From the IMG/VR virus record IMGVR_UViG_3300038558_000079, positions 26,555 to 90,554 of that record: a stretch of 64,000 nucleotides of DNA; one strand, written 5' to 3'. The notes beneath the pieces were generated by a model. The model saw only the letters and a list, made by a program, of their open reading frames with translations, searched no databases and was not told where the DNA came from. Position numbers and translations under genes: made by a program. Position 1 is the stretch's first letter; every line of letters begins with the position of its first letter. Of this stretch, positions 58,816 to 64,000 are shown one piece after another. This stretch comes from a virus.

Positions 58816-60276
58816 GTGAAAATGCCAAAGTACACGCCGCATTACAAACCTAATCAGTTAATTTGTGGAACCGGAACAATAGCGGTAATCTCAGGATGGA
58901 CTGTGAAGGATACGATTGCTAAAAAGTTAGAATCTCATGAGTATGCTGTCATCGGACAATTGTATAGTCCTACTAGAGGGATTAGCTTTTTGATTAGAAA
59001 CCTATTGGCTAACCCTCATGTGACTAACCTAGTAATTCTTGGCTGTACAAAAGAGGATAAAAGTTCTGGTAGCTGTCAATGCCTGATTGATTTCTTGCGT
59101 AATGGTTTTCGAGCAGGTATCAGTGATACAGGACGTGAGACTTGGATAATTAACTCTAAGATTACTGGCTATATCGATATTGAAATTACTGCTGATGCTC
59201 TTGAAAGATTCCGACAATCTGTAGTGTGGAGTGAGGCGAAGTCAGTTAGCGAAGTGGTAGATAAAATTAGGGAAGGCGTGAGAGTAATTGAACCTTATGG
59301 TGAACCCATGATATTCCCTATTACAGAAACATTACCCCGCGTATTGCCGGGAACACGCTATGGTCATCGGATTGAGGGGAAAACTATTGCTGATACTTGG
59401 GTTAAAATAATTCATCGGATTAAGACTACGGGTACAATTAGACCAACTGGATATGACGGTCAATGGCAAGAGTTAATCGATTTGATGGCAGTTGTTACCG
59501 ATGAGCCTGCGGGATTCTATTTTCCAGAACCGAATTATCTTCCCTGCGATCGCGCATTCATCACCGAATATATCCCACATATACTCTGTGATGCTCCAAT
59601 TAGAGAAGGTATTAAGTACACCTATGGTCAACGTTTACGCTCTTGGTTTGGTGTAGACCAGATTGAACAAGTGATTCAGAAGCTAATTGGTGAGATTGAC
59701 GCTGCTAGCGCTGTGATGTCGCTATGGGATACTCAAGATCATATCAAGGGCGGTAGTCCGTGCCTCAATCACATTTGGTTGAGGGTAGTTGATAATGAAC
59801 TCTCTCTTACGGCTGTATTCCGGAGTAATGATATGTTCTCAGCTTGGGTTAGTAATGCCATGGGTTTAAGAGCATTACAGGGGCACATCAGAGATGAAAT
59901 CGCTAACCGTAGCGAGTACAATCTCACTTTAGGGGCATTGATCGTAATCTCACAGTCTGCGCATATATACGATGATTGCTGGGACAATGCAGACATGCTG
60001 ATTAAGAATCATTATGGTAAAGGTAAACGGGATTACTATGACGCTAGCGGTAATTTTATTATTGAGGTATGTGATAATGAGATAATTGTTGCCCAGACTT
60101 CACCGGGTAGCGGGGAAGTGGTGAGGACATATAACGGAAAAATCCCCCTGACGATAATCAGAGAGATTGCTGCTAATTCACCTGCGATCGCACCTGAGCA
60201 TATAGGATACTTAGGAATTGAGTTGGAGCGTGCTAGGGTACTGGGGTCTGGGTATCGACAAGATGGATTACCTTGA
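58816..60276 (+). CDS. thyA: thymidylate synthase, cyanobacterial multidomain type
   Basis: YTYGQRL, SPCL, FRSNDM..N, SAHIY; extra N-terminal (MtrA-like) and C-terminal (DUF4346-like) domains. Confidence 0.8.
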   Translation: MKMPKYTPHYKPNQLICGTGTIAVISGWTVKDTIAKKLESHEYAVIGQLYSPTRGISFLIRNLLANPHVTNLVILGCTKEDKSSGSCQCLIDFLRNGFRAGISDTGRETWIINSKITGYIDIEITADALERFRQSVVWSEAKSVSEVVDKIREGVRVIEPYGEPMIFPITETLPRVLPGTRYGHRIEGKTIADTWVKIIHRIKTTGTIRPTGYDGQWQELIDLMAVVTDEPAGFYFPEPNYLPCDRAFITEYIPHILCDAPIREGIKYTYGQRLRSWFGVDQIEQVIQKLIGEIDAASAVMSLWDTQDHIKGGSPCLNHIWLRVVDNELSLTAVFRSNDMFSAWVSNAMGLRALQGHIRDEIANRSEYNLTLGALIVISQSAHIYDDCWDNADMLIKNHYGKGKRDYYDASGNFIIEVCDNEIIVAQTSPGSGEVVRTYNGKIPLTIIREIAANSPAIAPEHIGYLGIELERARVLGSGYRQDGLP

Positions 60277-60378
60277 AGCAATTTTTAGCTTAACGCCGGA
60301 AGCCTCACGCCATATCTGTACTCAGATTGGCGTGAGATGGATAGGCGGGTTGTCGGAGGTACGGAGGCAACCAATAAA

Positions 60379-60789
60379 TTAATCGGGCGTGTCCTGATTC
60401 TCTATATACTTCTTTAATGCTGAAACTGTTACTCCACCACATGATGCAATGAAGTAAGAGCCATTCCATAAAACATCTTTGTGGTAGAACTCATCAACCC
60501 TACTTTCAAACTCAGACCGTAGCTTTCGACTGGTTACGGTTTTGATGTTATTAACCAACTTACTGAGTTCAATCCCTGGATGGTACTGAAATAGCAAGTG
60601 AACATGATTTTCCTCACCGTTGAACTCAATCACCTTGCATTCCCATTTTTCTAGTAAACTCTCGAATATTTCATGCAAGCGGTCTAGCATCTCTTTGGTG
60701 AATAACTTACGGCGGTATTTTGTGGTCAACACCAAATGAGCCTTTAAGTCTGACACAGAACGACCTCTGGAAACAAAATCATTTTTCAT
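60379..60789 (-). CDS. tnpA: IS200-family Y1 transposase
   Basis: HLVLTTKYRR, HVH, W..SYF, YIENQ. Confidence 0.95.
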   Translation of the reverse strand: MKNDFVSRGRSVSDLKAHLVLTTKYRRKLFTKEMLDRLHEIFESLLEKWECKVIEFNGEENHVHLLFQYHPGIELSKLVNNIKTVTSRKLRSEFESRVDEFYHKDVLWNGSYFIASCGGVTVSALKKYIENQDTPD

Positions 60790-60846
60790 CCCGCAAAGCC
60801 CCTTAATTGGTGTATACTAAAACAGTAACATCAATTAAAAGAGACA

Positions 60847-62076
60847 GTGAGAACAGCCTACCAGTACCGACTACGCCCAACAAAACAGCAAGCTGCCAAC
60901 TTTGACAGATGGCTTGTAATGCTGTGTAGTCAGTACAATTACCTATTAGCTGACAGGTTTAATTGGTATGAGCAAAACCGTTCTCCTGTTAATGCTTGTC
61001 CTCTAGTTTGTCACCTCCCAGAACTGAGAGACAAACCAGATTATTATTCGCAAAAGAAAACCTTACCTTTACTCAAGAAAACTCATCCTTGGTATGGAGA
61101 AATTTACTCACAAGTCCTTCAAGATGTAGTTAAGCGAGTTAAAGTGACGTTCGACAGGTTCCTCAAAGGGGACAGTAACGGTAAGCGTAGCGGCAAGCCG
61201 AGATTTAAAGCTCGTAATCGCTATCGCACGTTTACTTATCCTCAGATGAAAGATGGGTGCTTACAGGGTAATCTGATTAACTTACCAATGCTCGGAAAAG
61301 TTAAGGTTGTTCTGCATCGACCTATTCCGGATGGATTTAAAATCAAAACCGCATCTGTCACCAAGAAAGCTGACGGGTTTTACCTCACACTATCTTTAGA
61401 AGACAAAACGGTTCCTGAGATTAAGCCAGATTTCAATCCGGATAAAATTACTGGAATTGATGTTGGATTGAAGGAATTTCTAACAACCTCTGAAGGCGAA
61501 ACGGTTTCTATTCCGACTCTTTACCGCAAATCACAAAAACGTTTACGTGTTATCCAAAAACGAGTATCACGCCGAAAAAAGGGAAGTAACGGTAGACTTA
61601 AAGCTATCAAGCAACTAGGGAAACAGCACAAAAAGGTTGCAGACAAGCGCAAGGATTTTCATTTCAAAACAGCTAATTGGCTGTTATCAAAATATGACGT
61701 AATTGCTCATGAAGACTTAAACATCAAAGGACTTGCGCGTACCCGATTGGCTAAATCTGTGTTGGATGCTGGGTGGTCAAGCTTTCTGTCGATACTAACA
61801 AACAAAGCCGAAAAAGCTGGTTTGTTGGTTGTCTCAGTCAGCGCCCATAACACTTCACAAGATTGCTCCAATTGTGGCGAGAAAGTACCAAAGAAACTGC
61901 ATATTCGGTGGCATGACTGTCCTTATTGTGGGTGTAGTCTAGACCGAGATCATAATGCGGCGATAAATATAAAGAATAGAGCGGTAGGGCAGTCCGTTCT
62001 TAAAGCCAAACGCCTCCTAAGCAATAGCCGGATTGGTTTGGAAGCCTACACCGTACCTGTACCCAGGTCGGTGTAG
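60847..62076 (+). CDS. tnpB: TnpB RNA-guided nuclease
   Basis: GIDVG, IAHED, DRDHNAA; Zn ribbon. Confidence 0.95.
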   Translation: MRTAYQYRLRPTKQQAANFDRWLVMLCSQYNYLLADRFNWYEQNRSPVNACPLVCHLPELRDKPDYYSQKKTLPLLKKTHPWYGEIYSQVLQDVVKRVKVTFDRFLKGDSNGKRSGKPRFKARNRYRTFTYPQMKDGCLQGNLINLPMLGKVKVVLHRPIPDGFKIKTASVTKKADGFYLTLSLEDKTVPEIKPDFNPDKITGIDVGLKEFLTTSEGETVSIPTLYRKSQKRLRVIQKRVSRRKKGSNGRLKAIKQLGKQHKKVADKRKDFHFKTANWLLSKYDVIAHEDLNIKGLARTRLAKSVLDAGWSSFLSILTNKAEKAGLLVVSVSAHNTSQDCSNCGEKVPKKLHIRWHDCPYCGCSLDRDHNAAINIKNRAVGQSVLKAKRLLSNSRIGLEAYTVPVPRSV

Positions 62077-62666
62077 GAGCTGTCACTGTCCGTTAACCTT
62101 GTATTCCGTAGCTTTGCACCCGTTAGATTAGCACCCGTAAGATTAGCATCCGTTAGTTTAGCACCCGTCAGTTTTGCCTCCATCAGTTTAGCGTCTGTCA
62201 GGTTAGCACCTGTCAGGTTAGCACTACTTAGATTAGCCCCCTTGAGGTCAGTAACCTTCAGATCAGCATCTGTCAGGTCAGCATCCATCAAGTTAGATTC
62301 CGTCAGGCGGGAACCTGTCAGGTCAGCACCCGTTAGGTTAGCACCCTTGAGGTTAGCACCCTTAAGGTTAGCAAACCTAATGTTAGCCCCCGTAAGGTTA
62401 GCCCCCGTCAGGTCAGTCCCCGTCAGGTCAGCAACCTTAAGGTTAGCGACCTTAAGATCGGCATCCTCAAGGGTAGCACCCGTCAGGTTAGTACCCGTCA
62501 GGTTAGCACCCTTGAGGTTAGCACCCTTAAGGTTAGCACCTCTTAAGTCAGCCCCACTTAAGTCTGATCTGCTCAGTTCAATACCTGATAAGTCTTTACC
62601 ACTCAGAGTGAGACCAGACCAATCTACACCGCTGAAGTTTAGACCGTCTAAATCTTGTATTCTCAT
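62046..62666 (-). CDS. pentapeptide-repeat protein (C-terminus supplied by IS end)
   Basis: A(D/N)LxG repeats throughout; promoter TTGACA-16-TATGCT at 62696-62723. Confidence 0.9.
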   Translation of the reverse strand: MRIQDLDGLNFSGVDWSGLTLSGKDLSGIELSRSDLSGADLRGANLKGANLKGANLTGTNLTGATLEDADLKVANLKVADLTGTDLTGANLTGANIRFANLKGANLKGANLTGADLTGSRLTESNLMDADLTDADLKVTDLKGANLSSANLTGANLTDAKLMEAKLTGAKLTDANLTGANLTGAKLRNTRLTDSDSSYTDLGTGTV

Positions 62667-62749
62667 AATCTTTTTCCTTTACTCTTGACACTTTCAGCAT
62701 ACCTCAGTAGGTAGGAATGTCAATACTTTGTAAAAAGATTGTTCTAACC

Positions 62750-62870
62750 CTTGCACCCCTTGTGGTATGGTATTTCTGTTTTTCGACATATTGCAAAAAT
62801 CATAGTACCTGGATAAAACATATCGGAGCCTGAATCCCCTACGGTGAGGTAATTCAGGCTCCGATATGTT
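62750..62870. repeat. composite palindromic element, copy 9 (diverged)
   Basis: TTTCGACATATT-24-AACATATCGGAG-30-CTCCGATATGTT; 19-bp perfect IR 62817-62835/62852-62870. Confidence 0.75.
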
Positions 62871-62889
62871 GGCTGAGAGTATTGGGGTA

Positions 62890-63717
62890 TCACATATCCT
62901 TTATCCCTGTAGTACGGAATAAAACAGTATTTGGTAAGTCCACCCCCTTTAAGTTAGCACCTGTCAAATCAACACCCAGAAGATTAGCGCCCGTAAAGTC
63001 AGCACCTTGCAAATCAGCGCATTGCAAGTTAGCACCCCCTAAGTTAGCACCAATCAAAATAGCTCTCTGTAGGTTGGCATTGCTCAGATTAGTATCCTGT
63101 AAATATGCGCTATAGAGAATAGCACCTTCTAATTTAGCTTTATGTAAGTTAGCACCGCGCAGATTTGTCCCCTGTAAGGTGACATCTTTAAGATTAGCAC
63201 CCGTTAAATCAGCACCCCGTAAATCTGCGTATGCCAGACAAGCTGACTGTAGGTTAACTTGCCATAAATTGGCGCTTGAGAAATTGGCATAATACAGTTT
63301 TGCGCTTTCTAGGTTAGCGCTTTCTAGGTTAGCACTCGTTAAATCAGCGTCCCATAAGATAGCACCCGTCAGGTTAGCACCATATAGGCAAGCACCTCTC
63401 AAGTTAACATCCTTGAGGTTAGCCTTCATTAGGTTGCTTTGTGCTAACTTAGCACCTTCTAAGTTAGCATCTTTGAGATTGGCTTTTACCCACCTCGCGT
63501 CCCTAGCTTTCACCTCCTCTAGATTTGCACCCTCTAGATTTGCACCCGTCAAATCAGCAAGATTAAGGTAGATGTCACATAAAAAAGCACCCTTCAAGTT
63601 AGCATTAACCAACTTTGCACCAGTGAAATCGTAACCTCGCAAGTCAGCACCCTGTAGGTTGGCATCGGTCAGGTTAGCACCACTTTGGTCTTTACTGTTT
63701 AATTTTGTTTGTGTCAT
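62890..63717 (-). CDS. pentapeptide-repeat protein
   Basis: A(N/D)LxxA repeats over almost the whole length; promoter TTGACA-18-TATAGT at 63742-63771. Confidence 0.92.
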   Translation of the reverse strand: MTQTKLNSKDQSGANLTDANLQGADLRGYDFTGAKLVNANLKGAFLCDIYLNLADLTGANLEGANLEEVKARDARWVKANLKDANLEGAKLAQSNLMKANLKDVNLRGACLYGANLTGAILWDADLTSANLESANLESAKLYYANFSSANLWQVNLQSACLAYADLRGADLTGANLKDVTLQGTNLRGANLHKAKLEGAILYSAYLQDTNLSNANLQRAILIGANLGGANLQCADLQGADFTGANLLGVDLTGANLKGVDLPNTVLFRTTGIKDM

Positions 63718-63775
63718 GGTTTATCCTCACTTGTTATCCCTACTATAACACAACTATTTAGGTAATGTCAATACA

Positions 63776-64000
63776 TTAAGGAAGTACAATCTGTATAGGA
63801 CATCCAAGGTAACCCTTCTCATCCGCAAGTGCTTCAAATTCAATCCAATCAAAGGGTTGGTTATCCTTCAGGGCATGAAGTCCCTCTACAAGCATTTCAA
63901 AGTGCCATGCAAGCGCTTCAGGGGCGAAATAATAGATACCTGTGGCATCAGGCGATGCACATATTAATAGTGCTTGATTGAGCGCGTACCGATTCCCAGT
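63776..64000 (-). CDS. hypothetical protein, partial (3' end)
   Basis: Open frame ...TGNRYALNQALLICASPDATGIYYFAPEALAWHFEMLVEG...CPIQIVLP*. Confidence 0.55.
   Translation of the reverse strand, partial: TGNRYALNQALLICASPDATGIYYFAPEALAWHFEMLVEGLHALKDNQPFDWIEFEALADEKGYLGCPIQIVLP

Larger units (their letters stand above)
60289..62086 (+). mobile_element. IS605-family element (divergent tnpA/tnpB)
   Basis: Left hairpin CTCACGCCA..TGGCGTGAG (~60304-60337); right hairpin GCCTACACC..GGTGTAGG ending TCAC at 62086; left boundary approximate. Confidence 0.85.

Noticed and set aside
62242-63115. Plus-strand RLAPVR-repeat ORFs
   Set aside because: Antisense translation of the pentapeptide repeats
1-64000. 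tRNA, rRNA, integrase, terminase or portal genes
   Set aside because: None recognised by eye in this window; a tRNAscan/HMM run is needed to exclude them formally

Overview
This 64 kb window is part of a large temperate-looking cyanobacterial siphophage or phage-plasmid; HIP1 GCGATCGC octamers are frequent and several genes are cyanobacterial types. 0-7 kb (minus strand): DUF2213 prohead protease/scaffold, decoration protein, DUF2184-type major capsid, connectors, tail tube and a tail chaperone with a lambda-type GGGAAAG -1 frameshift. Next come XRE and FHA genes, an unsplit DnaE, an intein-containing class II RNR, tail-fibre-like genes, a displaced 4517-aa multi-enzyme tape measure protein, a Prim-Pol/SF2 replication protein, two helicases, a C5 MTase and a RuvC-like resolvase. 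The accessory arm holds many individually promoted genes: a Csx3/Crn3 ring-nuclease homologue, a membrane HNH/TM/P-loop ATPase operon, two IS200/IS605 elements, a fused thymidylate synthase and pentapeptide-repeat proteins. The most striking unexplained signal is a family of nine dispersed ~110-bp composite palindromes (31-bp dyad box / TTCCGACATGTT / 24-25-bp oriented AT-rich core / AACATGTCGGAA / 31-bp dyad box) at module boundaries and next to promoters. All assignments come from motifs read by eye; no searches were run.
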